From Blastocatellia bacterium (GTDB taxonomy: Bacteria > Acidobacteriota > Blastocatellia > UBA7656), in NCBI GenBank assembly GCA_963765495.1, contig CAVXWP010000012.1, forward strand, positions 149,097-213,096: a stretch of 64,000 bases of DNA, read 5' to 3'. Positions 1 to 10,572 of this stretch are shown piece by piece. Both the position numbers and the translations under genes were made by a program. Position 1 is the stretch's first letter; every line of letters begins with the position of its first letter. Below the pieces are notes generated by a model that was not told the origin of the DNA, did not search any database, and saw only the letters and a list, made by a program, of their open reading frames with translations.

Positions 1-691
1 CAATCCGCGGGCAAACAACAGGCGACTGCTGACCGCAAGTTATCTGAGTTCGGTTCTGATTCTTGTAGTCGGAATGACTATCGGATTCTTTATCTCGTCA
101 ATCAACGACATCACACTATGGATCGTATCGGGTCTTTACGGAGGCTACACGGCGGCGAACCTGCTCAAGTGGCACTGGTGGCGGCTGAACGGATACGGCT
201 ATTTCTGGGGGATGGTCACAGGGATTGCGGCGGCATTGCTTATGCCCTACATCGCGCCAAACCTGAACGCGCTTTACGGCTTTCCATTTATCCTTGCCGT
301 GTCGGCGCTGGCAAGCGTTTTTGGAAGTATTTTGTCCCCGCAGGAAAGTGAAGAGACGCTCAAGCGATTTTATCGTCAGGTGCGCCCCTGGGGACTGTGG
401 AAACCCGTTTACGAAATGGCCGTCAAAGACGACCCGACGCTTGAGGCGAACAAAGACTTTGCACGCGACGCAGTCAATTGCGTGGTCGGCACCGTCTGGC
501 AACTGTCGCTTGTTACTACACCGGTCTACCTGATCTTCAGAGACATGAAAGGGCTGTGGATTTCACTTGCGGTCCTCGTCGCTACGACCGCCTTTTTGAA
601 GATCTTCTGGTACGACCATCTGTCAAAGGAATCTGTAGAATCATCGGAGCCGGTCTATACCCCCGCGCCGCAGAATGTCGCGGCCGATTGA
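1..691 (+). CDS. Sodium:solute symporter (SSS family), C-terminal part, 5'-truncated by the window
   Basis: Frame is open from base 2. Hydrophobic helices, LKWHWWRLNGYGYFWGM and FYRQVRPWGLWKP motifs typical of sugar SSS transporters; first gene of the mannan cluster. Confidence 0.85.
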   Translation, partial: NPRANNRRLLTASYLSSVLILVVGMTIGFFISSINDITLWIVSGLYGGYTAANLLKWHWWRLNGYGYFWGMVTGIAAALLMPYIAPNLNALYGFPFILAVSALASVFGSILSPQESEETLKRFYRQVRPWGLWKPVYEMAVKDDPTLEANKDFARDAVNCVVGTVWQLSLVTTPVYLIFRDMKGLWISLAVLVATTAFLKIFWYDHLSKESVESSEPVYTPAPQNVAAD

Positions 692-693
692 AG

Positions 694-2529
694 ATGAAAA
701 GAAAAATACTCTTTGCGGCAATCGTGATTTTGCCGGCTCTTATGTTGCCTGCTTACGCTCAATCCGCCCTCCCTAATTTCATAACTCGCTCGGGTGACAG
801 ACTGATGGACGGCGCGACCGAGTTCCGCTTTATCTCTTTCAACGTGCCGAACCTGCACATGGTCGAAGACAATCTGACGTTTTCAGAGACAAACCCCTGG
901 CGTCTGCCCGATGAGTTTGAGATTCGAGACACCTTTGACACGATAAATCAAACCGGCGGCAGGGTCGTGCGAAGTTATGTCATCTCTGTGCATCGGGCGG
1001 ATGACGACCCCGCCATTCCGCGTCACGTGCTTGGGCCGGGCCGGTTCAACGAAGAGGCCTTTCGCGCTCTGGATAAGGTCTTGCAACTCGCAAACGAGAA
1101 AGGCATCCGCGTGATCGTGCCCTTTGTGGATCAGTGGAAATGGTGGGGCGGCATAGGCGAATACGCCGCCTTTCGCGGGAAGCGCGCCGAAGAGTTCTGG
1201 ACCGATCCGCAACTGATCGCTGACTTCAAACAGACCATCGCCTTTCTCATCAATCGAAAGAACACCTACACTGGCACGCTCTATAAAGATGACAGGGCCA
1301 TAATGGCGTGGGAAACCGGCAACGAACTCAACAGCCCCTACTCGTGGAGCAAAGAGATTGCCGCCTACATAAAATCGCTCGACTCGAATCATCTGGTGAT
1401 TGACGGCAATCACGTCGGCAACAACGGCCTGCAAACGGAGATACCGGACGATCCGAATATAGACATCATCACGGCGCATTATTATCCGGGGCAGAAACCG
1501 CCGCCCGTCGAGGCCATCGAACAGACGAAGCGACAGATTGCCGGGCGCAAGGCCTTTTTCGTGGGCGAATTCGGATTTATTCCGACCGAAGATGTTCGAA
1601 AGCTGCTCGACAAAGTCATCGCCGAACGTCTATCGGGCGCGCTCGTCTGGAGCCTGCGCTTTCACAATCGCGACGGGGGATTTTACTGGCATTCCGAAGG
1701 CGCGGCAGACAACAGCGTCAAGGCTTATCACTGGCCGGGTTTTCAGACGGGCCAGGCTTACGACGGCACGAATCTTGTGCGATTGATGCGCGAAAAAGCC
1801 TACGAGATCAGAGGCGAGCAAGCGCCCGCGCTGCCTGCGCCCTCCCCTCCCGCGATGCTTCCGATCAAATCCGCGTACGCGATTTCGTGGCGAGGTTCAG
1901 CCGGGGCATACGCTTATGATGTGGAACGCGCCACCGTCCGGCGCGGCCCGTGGACGATAGTCGGCGCTGACATAGACGACACCCTTGTGCAATACAGACC
2001 GTTGTTTGCCGACATCTTCGCCGAACAGGGCCGCGAGTATTTTTATCGCGTGCGGGCTAAGAACGCGACCGGAACAAGCGAACCCTCAAACATCGTCGGC
2101 CCCGTCCGTGTCGATTCGCTTTTCGTGGTTGACGAAATGCGCGACCTCGGGCGCGTCTTCTCTCATGGCGGCCCGCTGGCAATAGAGACAAAAGATCAGC
2201 GCAAGGCGAAAGAGGACATCTATCGACTCAAGGGCGGAAAAGATTCCTGGATCGTCTATCGCGGGCTTTACCCTCTGCGCTCGATCAAAGTGATGGTCTT
2301 CTTTGAACGGGAGGTGAGCGATTTCGATTTCCTCGTTTCGAGCGACGGAACGAGCTTCAAAAAAGTGGAGGCAGCGCGCCGGGATCACTTCAAAGGCACA
2401 GGCGATTACGGTTACTGGAAACCCGTCACCTATGAAATCTCGTCCGTGCCGGCGGGTAATTACTTTGTAAAACTCATATTCAAAACCGACGCGCAGATCT
2501 CTCGCATAGAAATCGAGCACGGAAAGTAA
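694..2529 (+). CDS. Secreted GH5 endo-beta-mannanase-like glycoside hydrolase with FN3-like C-terminal region
   Basis: Signal peptide MKRKILFAAIVIL from ATG 694; GH5 motifs AWETGNE (acid/base) and VGEFG (nucleophile); mannan context. Confidence 0.8.
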   Translation: MKRKILFAAIVILPALMLPAYAQSALPNFITRSGDRLMDGATEFRFISFNVPNLHMVEDNLTFSETNPWRLPDEFEIRDTFDTINQTGGRVVRSYVISVHRADDDPAIPRHVLGPGRFNEEAFRALDKVLQLANEKGIRVIVPFVDQWKWWGGIGEYAAFRGKRAEEFWTDPQLIADFKQTIAFLINRKNTYTGTLYKDDRAIMAWETGNELNSPYSWSKEIAAYIKSLDSNHLVIDGNHVGNNGLQTEIPDDPNIDIITAHYYPGQKPPPVEAIEQTKRQIAGRKAFFVGEFGFIPTEDVRKLLDKVIAERLSGALVWSLRFHNRDGGFYWHSEGAADNSVKAYHWPGFQTGQAYDGTNLVRLMREKAYEIRGEQAPALPAPSPPAMLPIKSAYAISWRGSAGAYAYDVERATVRRGPWTIVGADIDDTLVQYRPLFADIFAEQGREYFYRVRAKNATGTSEPSNIVGPVRVDSLFVVDEMRDLGRVFSHGGPLAIETKDQRKAKEDIYRLKGGKDSWIVYRGLYPLRSIKVMVFFEREVSDFDFLVSSDGTSFKKVEAARRDHFKGTGDYGYWKPVTYEISSVPAGNYFVKLIFKTDAQISRIEIEHGK

Positions 2530-2543
2530 AGGAATCATAAGAG

Positions 2544-3770
2544 GTGAATGACACGGGTCTTCGTGAATTTCAAGATCAGATCGAGACAGAATTGCGCCAG
2601 AATATTCTCGCGTTCTGGATAAAGCACGCGCCCGATACCAATAACGGCGGGTTTCACGGCTATATCAGCAATGACCTCATCACAAGAGCGCAGGCCGACA
2701 AGGGCATCATTTTGAATACGCGCATCCTCTGGACTTTTTCACACGCTTTCAGGCTGTACCGGGAAGAGGGTTTGAAACAGATGGCCGAACGCGCTTACAG
2801 CTACATCACGCAGAATTTCTTTGATCGGGAATTTGGCGGCGTATTCTGGACGGTAGATCATCTGGGCCGACCGCTCGATACCAGGAAAAGGATTTACGCT
2901 CAGGCATTCGCGGTTTACGCGCTCAGCGAATACTTTCTGGCAACCGGCAAGCAGGAGGCTCTCGATTCTGCCTTAGAGCTTTTTCACCTGATCGAAGGCC
3001 AGAGCCGTGACCGCGTTTATGGCGGGTACTTTGAGACATACGAGCGCGAGTGGAGGCTTGCTGCTGATCAACGCCTGAGCGAAGTGGATCAGGACGACAG
3101 CAAATCAATGAACACCCACCTGCACGTGCTTGAAGCCTATGCCGGGCTTGCGCGCGCGCGCGATGACGCGAAGGTCAAAGCGGCGCTTTCTGATGTGATT
3201 GAAATTTTTCTCGATCACATACTCGACCCCGCGACAATGCATTTCCGCCTCTTTTTTGATGAAGACTGGACCGTCAAATCCGATGTCGTCTCTTTTGGTC
3301 ACGACATAGAAGGAAGTTGGCTCTTGTGCGAGGCCGCTGAAATTCAGGGCGATCAGAGTTTGCTTGCGCGAGTGAAAGAAACGGCTGTCAAGATGGCCGG
3401 AGCTATTCTGGCTGAGGCGATTGATGAGGATGGCGCGCTCGTTTACGAAGCCGACCCTGCCGGAATAATTGATTATGACAGGCACTGGTGGCCGCAGGCT
3501 GAAACGGTGGTCGGGTTTATAAACGCCTATCAACTGACGGGGCGCGAAGATTTCCTTGGAGCCGCCCTGGAGTGCTGGAATTTTATCGACAGCAATTTGA
3601 TTGATAAAGCGTGGGGCGAATGGTTCTGGAAAGTCTCTCGCGCAGGCACACCCGACCAGACAAAGCCAAAAGTGGATCAATGGAAAGGTCCTTATCATAA
3701 CGGTCGCATGTGTTTTGAAGTCCTCTCCAGACTGAAACAGATCGAGGGAAGACCAGATGAACCGAAATGA
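2544..3770 (+). CDS. Cellobiose/mannobiose 2-epimerase (AGE superfamily)
   Basis: Motifs [47 protein letters not shown]. Confidence 0.9.
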   Translation: MNDTGLREFQDQIETELRQNILAFWIKHAPDTNNGGFHGYISNDLITRAQADKGIILNTRILWTFSHAFRLYREEGLKQMAERAYSYITQNFFDREFGGVFWTVDHLGRPLDTRKRIYAQAFAVYALSEYFLATGKQEALDSALELFHLIEGQSRDRVYGGYFETYEREWRLAADQRLSEVDQDDSKSMNTHLHVLEAYAGLARARDDAKVKAALSDVIEIFLDHILDPATMHFRLFFDEDWTVKSDVVSFGHDIEGSWLLCEAAEIQGDQSLLARVKETAVKMAGAILAEAIDEDGALVYEADPAGIIDYDRHWWPQAETVVGFINAYQLTGREDFLGAALECWNFIDSNLIDKAWGEWFWKVSRAGTPDQTKPKVDQWKGPYHNGRMCFEVLSRLKQIEGRPDEPK

Positions 3771-4947
3771 ATTTGATGAGAAACTGGGCTGCTTGCTCGG
3801 GCAACACAACGAATTGATCGCCCGAAAAAACATCAGGGTCGAAGGCGGCAACGGGGTCTATGATCGCTGGGCCGATCCGATTCTCACAGCCGGGCACGCG
3901 CCTGTCTTCTGGCGCTACGATCTGAACTATGAAAGCAATCCGCATCTTCTGGAGCGAATGGTAATAAACGCGGCGTTCAATGCCGGGGCGATTGAGCTTG
4001 ACGGAAAAATCCTGCTTGTCGCCCGCGTCGAAGGGGCAGACCGCAAATCATTTTTTGGCGTGGCCGAAAGCGAAACTGGCGTTGACGCGTTTAAGTTTTG
4101 GGACTATCCCGTATGGATGCCGGAGACCGACGAGCCTGATGTGAATGTTTACGACATGCGCGTGGTCCGTCACGAAGACGGCTGGATTTATGGTCTGTTT
4201 TGCACCGAGCGCAAAGACCCCGAGGCCGGGCCGGGCGATACTTCATCGGCCATAGCGCAGTGCGCAATTGCGCGCACAAGGGATTTGAATAGTTGGGAAC
4301 GGCTTCCAGATTTGAAGACCCGCTCGCCGCAACAGCGAAACGTAGTCCTGCACCCTGAATTCGTAGACGGCAAATACGCTTTTTATACGCGTCCGCAGGA
4401 CGACTTTATCCAGGCGGGGTCCGGCGGCGGGATCGGCTGGGGGCTTGCCGATTCAATCAGCGGGGCTGTGATTGACGAAGAGAAGGTGATTGATGCCCGC
4501 GTCTATCACACTATAAAGGAGGTGAAAAACGGCCTCGGCCCGTCGCCTATCAAAACGGATAGAGGCTGGCTGCAACTGGCGCACGGCGTTCGCAATACAG
4601 CGGCGGGGCTCCGCTATGTGCTTTATCTTTTTCTGAGCGATCTCCGAGAACCGTGGCGCATAACTCACGTTCCGGCCGGGTATTTCATCGCGCCTCGGAG
4701 GGAAGAGCGCGTAGGCGATGTCTCTAACGTCGTCTTCAGCAACGGCTGGGTAGCGCGAGCAAACGGCGAAGTCTTTATTTACTATGCGTCGTCGGATACG
4801 CGCATGCACGTTGCGACAACCACGATTGAAAAGCTGCTCGATTATGTTTTGAACACCCCCGAAGACCCGCTTCGTTCACACGCCTGTGTGCAGCAAAGAT
4901 ACGATTTGATCGCGCGAAATCTGGAATTGATGAAGAAGAAGGCGTGA
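3757..4947 (+). CDS. 4-O-beta-D-mannosyl-D-glucose phosphorylase (GH130)
   Basis: [42 protein letters not shown] motifs; overlaps the epimerase stop. Confidence 0.9.
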   Translation: MNRNEFDEKLGCLLGQHNELIARKNIRVEGGNGVYDRWADPILTAGHAPVFWRYDLNYESNPHLLERMVINAAFNAGAIELDGKILLVARVEGADRKSFFGVAESETGVDAFKFWDYPVWMPETDEPDVNVYDMRVVRHEDGWIYGLFCTERKDPEAGPGDTSSAIAQCAIARTRDLNSWERLPDLKTRSPQQRNVVLHPEFVDGKYAFYTRPQDDFIQAGSGGGIGWGLADSISGAVIDEEKVIDARVYHTIKEVKNGLGPSPIKTDRGWLQLAHGVRNTAAGLRYVLYLFLSDLREPWRITHVPAGYFIAPRREERVGDVSNVVFSNGWVARANGEVFIYYASSDTRMHVATTTIEKLLDYVLNTPEDPLRSHACVQQRYDLIARNLELMKKKA

Positions 4948-5030
4948 TACGTGATGCGTGATTCGTGACCTGAAAGAGAGCTTTCTATTTACAGTGATTC
5001 CCAATCTCACGAATCACGCATCACGTATCA
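4943..5030. repeat. Heptamer tandem-repeat palindrome (CGTGAT[A/G/T])n...(TCACG[A/C/T]A)n
   Basis: Perfect 24-bp inverted arms at 4945-4968 and 5007-5030. Confidence 0.9.
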
Positions 5031-5292
5031 GATGCCATCTCGTCACATTATAAGGACGGCTCATCACAAACCTGTTCTAAAGCAACAATAGAAGGCGTAA
5101 AGTGTAGCGTGTGGGTTATAGCCCGGAATGCCTTTCGGACTGAGGGGAGATAGTTCGATGTGTATTCCCACCCGGTCTTACGCGGGCACTCACTTATATT
5201 AAAACCCAAACAATATAGACCTCGTGTGAGCGGGGCGCGGCAGTAGTATGCCTTTGAGGGGGATCGCTTCATGAAAAAAGGGAGGTTGTTTT

Positions 5293-5901
5293 ATGAAGAG
5301 ATCAAAACTTGTGAACCTCACCGTCCTCTCGTTCGCGCTTTTTCAGATCGCGGTCGTCAATCTCGGTGTCACATCCGTTACCGTTACGGCTCAGGGATTA
5401 TTGAAAGGTTACGCTCCGCGCGGATTCAAAACGCCCACAGACGCCGCTACGAAATCAGGCCGCCCCACCTCGGAACCGGCTCCCGCCTTCGCGCTGTCAG
5501 GGGTTGATCAGAACGTTGTAAACGGGTTCGAGACAATCTGGAAACGCGCCGGGCTGGGCACAAGAGACGTAGAGGCCCTCGCCTTGATCTATCGCAATGC
5601 AGACGGCTCTTACAGGACCGAGCCGCTGGCTCAGACAAACGAGTTCAGAAAATTCTCTTTCAAATGGAACCCCACGGCGATTGCCATAGTTCACACCCAT
5701 CCAAATAATCGTGATCCTCAGCCCTCAGACGTAGATCAGCAGACATCCGACAAGCTGGGCGTTCCGATATTCACACTCTCCATCCACGGCATGTATATGT
5801 ATGACCCGGCGGCAAAAAAGGTGAGCCAGATACAGGACGGGCTTGACTGGTTGAAGATGAACAGGTGGGAACAGACCGTAGTGCATGCGTTCGAGAAATA
5901 G
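5293..5901 (+). CDS. Exported protein with a JAB/MPN-like (JAMM) metal-binding motif
   Basis: SD GGAGG; N-terminal hydrophobic signal; E...HTHPxxxxxxPSxxD motif. Confidence 0.6.
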   Translation: MKRSKLVNLTVLSFALFQIAVVNLGVTSVTVTAQGLLKGYAPRGFKTPTDAATKSGRPTSEPAPAFALSGVDQNVVNGFETIWKRAGLGTRDVEALALIYRNADGSYRTEPLAQTNEFRKFSFKWNPTAIAIVHTHPNNRDPQPSDVDQQTSDKLGVPIFTLSIHGMYMYDPAAKKVSQIQDGLDWLKMNRWEQTVVHAFEK

Positions 5902-5956
5902 TCCGAGAGACCGGAGTTGTTTGAAAAACTCGCCCGTTGAAGGTAAGACATTATCT

Positions 5957-6919
5957 ATGAGATTGATCTTCATGGGCACGCCGGAGTTTGCCACTCCAAC
6001 GCTTGAGCGACTGATTCATGACCGTCACGAAATCGCCGCCGTCTTCACCCAGCCCGATAAGCCTTCGGGCCGGGGGAAAAAGCTCCAGCCTCCGCCGGTC
6101 AAGCTACTTGCCCTCTCGCACGGCATCCCGGTTTATCAACCCGCAAAGATACGCACAAACGAAGAGGTGCGCGCGGTCTTTGAAAGCATAAGGCCCGATG
6201 CCTGCGTGGTTGCCGCTTACGGCAAAATACTCCCCGAATGGATGCTTGCCATTCCGAGGTTTGGCTGCATCAATGTTCACGCTTCGTTGCTGCCCAAATA
6301 TCGGGGCGCGGCTCCTATAAACTGGGCCATCGCAAGCGGAGAGCGCGAGACGGGCGTGACGATAATGCAGATGGACGTGGGACTCGATACGGGGCCGATG
6401 CTTGCCGCCCGCGCCCTTGAAATAGGGCCGGAAGAGATCGCGCCCACGCTATCGGCGCGGCTCGCCTTGCTTGGCCGAGAGTTGCTTGCTGAGACTCTCC
6501 CGGCAATCGAGGCCGGTAAGATATCGCCCGTCGCTCAGGATGAGAGCGCGGCGACTTACGCGCCCATGCTAAAGCGAGAAGATGGGTTGATCGACTGGCA
6601 GATGTCGGCGACTCAGATAGCAAATCGTGTGCGAGCCTTTCAGCCCTGGCCCGGCACTTACACTCGATTTCGCGGCGGGCGATTGATACTCTGGCGCGCG
6701 CATCCGATAGAAACCGCCCCGCTCTTAGAAACCGCTCGGCTCTCGGGTGCGCGACTGGCTCAGTTAATCGACATCGATAAATCGGGCATTGTCGTAGCGT
6801 GTGGAGAGGATTCGGCCCTGCGCATAGAAGAGCTACAGGTAGAAGGCAAGCGAAGAGTCGCGGGGCGGGATTTTGCAAACGGATTCCGACTGGTCGCGGG
6901 CGACCGGATCATCGACTGA
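5957..6919 (+). CDS. fmt: Methionyl-tRNA formyltransferase
   Basis: MRLIFMGTPEFA, INVHASLLPKYRGAAPINWAI. Confidence 0.97.
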   Translation: MRLIFMGTPEFATPTLERLIHDRHEIAAVFTQPDKPSGRGKKLQPPPVKLLALSHGIPVYQPAKIRTNEEVRAVFESIRPDACVVAAYGKILPEWMLAIPRFGCINVHASLLPKYRGAAPINWAIASGERETGVTIMQMDVGLDTGPMLAARALEIGPEEIAPTLSARLALLGRELLAETLPAIEAGKISPVAQDESAATYAPMLKREDGLIDWQMSATQIANRVRAFQPWPGTYTRFRGGRLILWRAHPIETAPLLETARLSGARLAQLIDIDKSGIVVACGEDSALRIEELQVEGKRRVAGRDFANGFRLVAGDRIID

Positions 6920-6957
6920 AAGCCTGCGCGGATAAATATTCAAGCAAGTAATAAACT

Positions 6958-7026
6958 TGGCTCAGAGACACAAAGACACAGAGCTTTTCAGACTCTTTTC
7001 TCCGTGTCTTTGTGTCTCTGTGGCCA
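6958..7026. repeat. Octamer tandem-repeat palindrome (CACAGAGA-like...TCTCTGTG-like)
   Basis: ctcagagacacaaagacacagag ... ctccgtgtctttgtgtctctgtg. Confidence 0.8.
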
Positions 7027-7066
7027 TCTTGGACCGCGCGGATAAATTGACCCGCATGTCGGGTGG

Positions 7067-8038
7067 TTGCTAACATCGGGCGTGGTGAGCCGGGAAAATA
7101 TAACGCGATTGATACCAGTCATTGTCGGGCCTACCGCTTCGGGCAAGAGCGATTTGGGCATCAAGATCGCCCTTGCTTCCGGCGGCGAAATCATCAACCT
7201 GGATTCGGTGCAGGTTTATAAACGAATCGAGATTGCCACGGCTAAAGTCCCCCTAGCCGAGCGCCGGGACGTTCCGCATCATCTGATAGACATCGTCGAG
7301 CCGACCGTGAATTTCACGGCGGGCGAATATGCGAGGGTGGCGAGCCGTGCGCTTTACGACATCGAATCGCGCAACCGGCAGGCCATCTTCGTAGGCGGCA
7401 CAGGGTTTTATTTGCGTGCGATTCTGGAGCCGTTGTTTGAAGGGCCGACCACGGATTTGAAATTGCGCGCGCGGCTGATGAGCCTGCGTGACCGGCGAGG
7501 CCCGGAGCATCTGCATCAAATGCTCTCTCGCCTCGACCCGAGGGCCTCGGCGGCCCTGAGTCCTCGCGACTGGTCTCGCAGCATGCGCGGGCTTGAGTTT
7601 TATTTTCAAACCGGGCAGCGTATCTCCGAAGCGCAGCCGGAAACTCCCCCGCCGCCCGATTTCGCTCCGCGAGTCAGGGTCATTGCGCTCAACCCCGACC
7701 GGGAACCGCTATACAATCGAATCAACCGGCGGGCAGAAATGATGTTTGAGCGCGGACTGGTCGAAGAAGTTGAAGGGCTGCTGGCAGCGGGCATACCTCC
7801 CGGTGCCAAAGCCTTTCAAGCCCATGGTTATCGCCGCGTAGTCGAGTATCTTCAGGGAAAACGTTCACGCGAAGACGCCCTGAATCAGATGAAACTCGAT
7901 ACGCGCCATTATGCCAAGCGACAGCTTTCCTGGTGGCGCGCCTGGCCCGGCGTGAAATGGATTCACCGATTCGGCGATGCCCCGGAAGCATTCGCCGAGG
8001 CCCTGGAGTATCTGAAGGGTTGCGACCAGACGGAATGA
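7067..8038 (+). CDS. miaA: tRNA dimethylallyltransferase (start uncertain, possibly GTG 7082/7085)
   Basis: GPTASGKS, DSVQVY, VGGTGFY, TRHYAKRQLSW. Confidence 0.96.
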   Translation: MLTSGVVSRENITRLIPVIVGPTASGKSDLGIKIALASGGEIINLDSVQVYKRIEIATAKVPLAERRDVPHHLIDIVEPTVNFTAGEYARVASRALYDIESRNRQAIFVGGTGFYLRAILEPLFEGPTTDLKLRARLMSLRDRRGPEHLHQMLSRLDPRASAALSPRDWSRSMRGLEFYFQTGQRISEAQPETPPPPDFAPRVRVIALNPDREPLYNRINRRAEMMFERGLVEEVEGLLAAGIPPGAKAFQAHGYRRVVEYLQGKRSREDALNQMKLDTRHYAKRQLSWWRAWPGVKWIHRFGDAPEAFAEALEYLKGCDQTE

Positions 8039-8186
8039 CAGGCGCAAGGCCGGGTTTTGCGGAAATGCTTTTAAGTGGAAATGCTTTTAAGTTGACTTCC
8101 TCTGTTATGAATGGATATTATCCCGCAAACATTGCGTCGGGATCTTTGTTGCCGAGTTGATGTAAAGAACTAAGGATGAATAGAGC

Positions 8187-8543
8187 ATGCCCATCAAGAT
8201 CCGATGCGCCTGGTGCGGTCTTTTGACGGGAATCAAAGACGGCGAGGCAGTAGCAGGATTTGACACAAGTCATACGATCTGCCCCTCTTGCGCGGAGAGA
8301 GTCAACGCCGGATTGCTGAGCCCTGTGCCAACGTGGAGCGGCACAGACAGGCGCTTGCAACCCGAACGCCGCAGGCGCGAGCGAAGAAACTCTTTGCGGT
8401 GCCTGACCGATACCCTGATAATAATTGACGGGATAACCCTGATAGACGGCGTAGGCGTAGACAGACGGCACAAGGTTCGTCGTCAGAGGGACCGCGAATG
8501 GCTGGCCGAGAAAATTATAGATATGATCTTCAACTCAAAATAG
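8187..8543 (+). CDS. Small hypothetical protein with putative Zn-binding CAWC...HxxCxxC motif and DRR/ERR repeats
   Basis: CAWC, SHTICPSC; isolated ORF filling an intergenic gap. Confidence 0.6.
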   Translation: MPIKIRCAWCGLLTGIKDGEAVAGFDTSHTICPSCAERVNAGLLSPVPTWSGTDRRLQPERRRRERRNSLRCLTDTLIIIDGITLIDGVGVDRRHKVRRQRDREWLAEKIIDMIFNSK

Positions 8544-8614
8544 CAATAGCGGAATGAATCCTCGATTGCCCGGATTTATACATCTGAGCTAGAATCTGTT
8601 CCTGGCTTTGTATA

Positions 8615-8723
8615 GTGATACGTGATACCCGATGCGTGATACGTGATGCGTGACTTTCAGTCAGACAACTTGTCACAGGTGAAATCCCTACCTCACGAAT
8701 CACGAGTCACAAATCACGTATCA
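8615..8723. repeat. Heptamer tandem-repeat palindrome (CGTGAT family)
   Basis: gtgatacgtgatacccgatgcgtgatacgtgatgcgtga ... tcacgaatcacgagtcacaaatcacgtatca. Confidence 0.85.
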
Positions 8724-8744
8724 TTCAACCGACTGGAGGCAATT

Positions 8745-9257
8745 ATGAAATTAGTACTGATCCTCGTGGCTGTCGCCCTCGTAGGCGCTCCGGCTCTTTC
8801 CAGACAGAAGGCCGATGAGGGCGCAAACGATTTGAAAGCGATGCCTGCGATAAAGCTGCAAGACTTCGACGGCAAGCAGGTGAATGCCGATACGCTCAAA
8901 GGCAACATCCTGATCATTGATTTCTGGGCTACGTGGTGCGGCCCCTGCATAAAAGAGATTCCCGCTTATAACGATTTGCAGGCAAAGTACCGGGACAAGG
9001 GCGTGAAGATAGTAGGCGTGACCCTTGCATCGGGCGAAGCAAAGGATGTCAAGCCATTCGTCAATCGCTTCAATATGAAATACACGGTTCTGATGGGCGA
9101 TGACAATCAGGCTTATGATTTAAATCTGGTTGGATTCCCAACTACTTATCTCGTAACCGACGATTGGAAGATATATAACACCTACAGGGGCGCGGGGCCA
9201 GGCAAGACAGCCCGCCTCGAAGCCGACATCCAGAAACTCCTGGCCGGAAAGAATTAG
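8745..9257 (+). CDS. TlpA/ResA-like thiol-disulfide oxidoreductase, exported
   Basis: SD GGAGG before ATG 8745; DFWATWCGPC; GFPTT. Confidence 0.9.
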   Translation: MKLVLILVAVALVGAPALSRQKADEGANDLKAMPAIKLQDFDGKQVNADTLKGNILIIDFWATWCGPCIKEIPAYNDLQAKYRDKGVKIVGVTLASGEAKDVKPFVNRFNMKYTVLMGDDNQAYDLNLVGFPTTYLVTDDWKIYNTYRGAGPGKTARLEADIQKLLAGKN

Positions 9258-9307
9258 CAGATACCAGACCGGATAGATTTCTGCAATCGTCCGTCACGGC
9301 TGAAGGT

Positions 9308-9367
9308 AACGCGCTGAAACGGCGCAAGGTATTTTGAAGGATTTTCCTTGCGTCGTTTCAGCGCGTT
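9308..9367. terminator. Inverted repeat between convergent genes (bidirectional terminator-like)
   Basis: 22-bp arms at 9308-9329 and 9346-9367 with one G-U pair, followed by a T-run. Confidence 0.65.
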
Positions 9368-9409
9368 TTTATCTCTGATGCGAAGAGAAATACTCTAACG
9401 CGACCGGCC

Positions 9410-10222
9410 CTATTTGCGGCGCGATCCGGCGGGGGGCTTGAGGCTCTGCGCGAAAAGCCAGTCGAAGAATTCCGGCTCGGCGTAAGCCTTGTCCCACGAG
9501 TTATGTCCTACGCCCTCGTATTCGTTGTATTTCACGTTGCCGCCCTCGGCCTTTATCGCTTCCACCATTTTCTGAGATTCCGACACTGGGACGACCGGAT
9601 CAGCGCCCCCGTGAAAAACCCAGACCGGCGTTTTGCCTACCTTTTGCGCCATAATTGCGTAAGGATCGCCCGTACCGACGGGTTCGGGTCTGGGCTCGTT
9701 GGCGGAGGCTGAAGGAGGTGGACGAAGCCCGCCGCAGATGGGCGCAAGCGCGGCGAATTTATCGGGGTGGCTCGCAACAAGCGCCCACGTGCCGTACCCG
9801 CCCATCGAAAGCCCCGTAAGATAAACCCGCTGCGGGTCTCCGTTGAATTCTTTTATTGACTGGTCGAGCGCCTTGAGCGCCTGCGCCTGCATTTCAGGCT
9901 CAGGCCACCAGCTATCCTTCGCGCACTGCGGCAGGACGACGATGGCGGGAACGCGCTCTTTGTGTCGGCGTATGACGGTACCTATCCCTACTTCGGTCTG
10001 TATCAACCCGTCATCCCCTCGCTCTCCGGCTCCGTGCAGAAAGAGGATGACCGGCCATCTCTTTCCGGCGTTCCAATCATTGGGAACATAGACCTGATAA
10101 CGATAAACGGTTCCTTCCAATGTGACGGCGCGATCAAGGAATCCGGTTTCGTGTTTGCGTCCCTGGGCAAAAGCTGATGCGCTTAAAAACAAGATCAGAA
10201 ATGCGCTCTTCATCCTAAGCAT
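9410..10222 (-). CDS. Exported alpha/beta-hydrolase (predicted peptidase/esterase)
   Basis: FLHGAGERG, GLSMGG nucleophile elbow, HGGAD, GHNSW. Confidence 0.85.
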   Translation of the reverse strand: MLRMKSAFLILFLSASAFAQGRKHETGFLDRAVTLEGTVYRYQVYVPNDWNAGKRWPVILFLHGAGERGDDGLIQTEVGIGTVIRRHKERVPAIVVLPQCAKDSWWPEPEMQAQALKALDQSIKEFNGDPQRVYLTGLSMGGYGTWALVASHPDKFAALAPICGGLRPPPSASANEPRPEPVGTGDPYAIMAQKVGKTPVWVFHGGADPVVPVSESQKMVEAIKAEGGNVKYNEYEGVGHNSWDKAYAEPEFFDWLFAQSLKPPAGSRRK

Positions 10223-10380
10223 GTTTCGGCTCCTGTTTGACAGATTTTAATACCTGCTTACTCTACATCGAATGCGGCCCCTCGCAAAAGCGATTCAGGC
10301 TGCTTCCCCGACCTGTGCAACAGGTGTCGGACAAACGCGCATCAAAATAGAATTGGGATCTGTTCAGAAAGGAAGAAAAG

Positions 10381-10452
10381 TAGCCACAGAGACACGGAGC
10401 CACAGAGATTTTTTATAATCTTTTCTCTGTGCCTGCGGTGGCTTTGTGGCTA
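10381..10452. repeat. Octamer tandem-repeat palindrome
   Basis: tagccacagagacacggagccacagaga ... tctctgtgcctgcggtggctttgtggcta. Confidence 0.75.
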
Positions 10453-10572
10453 CTGCTGAACTCATACTGGAACTGACGTAACTTGATAGGCGGTGCCGGA
10501 TCAGATAGGATTTTGGTACTTGATCAAATCAGGTCAGAACTTAAGACGTTTGATTAACCCGGGAGATAAACT

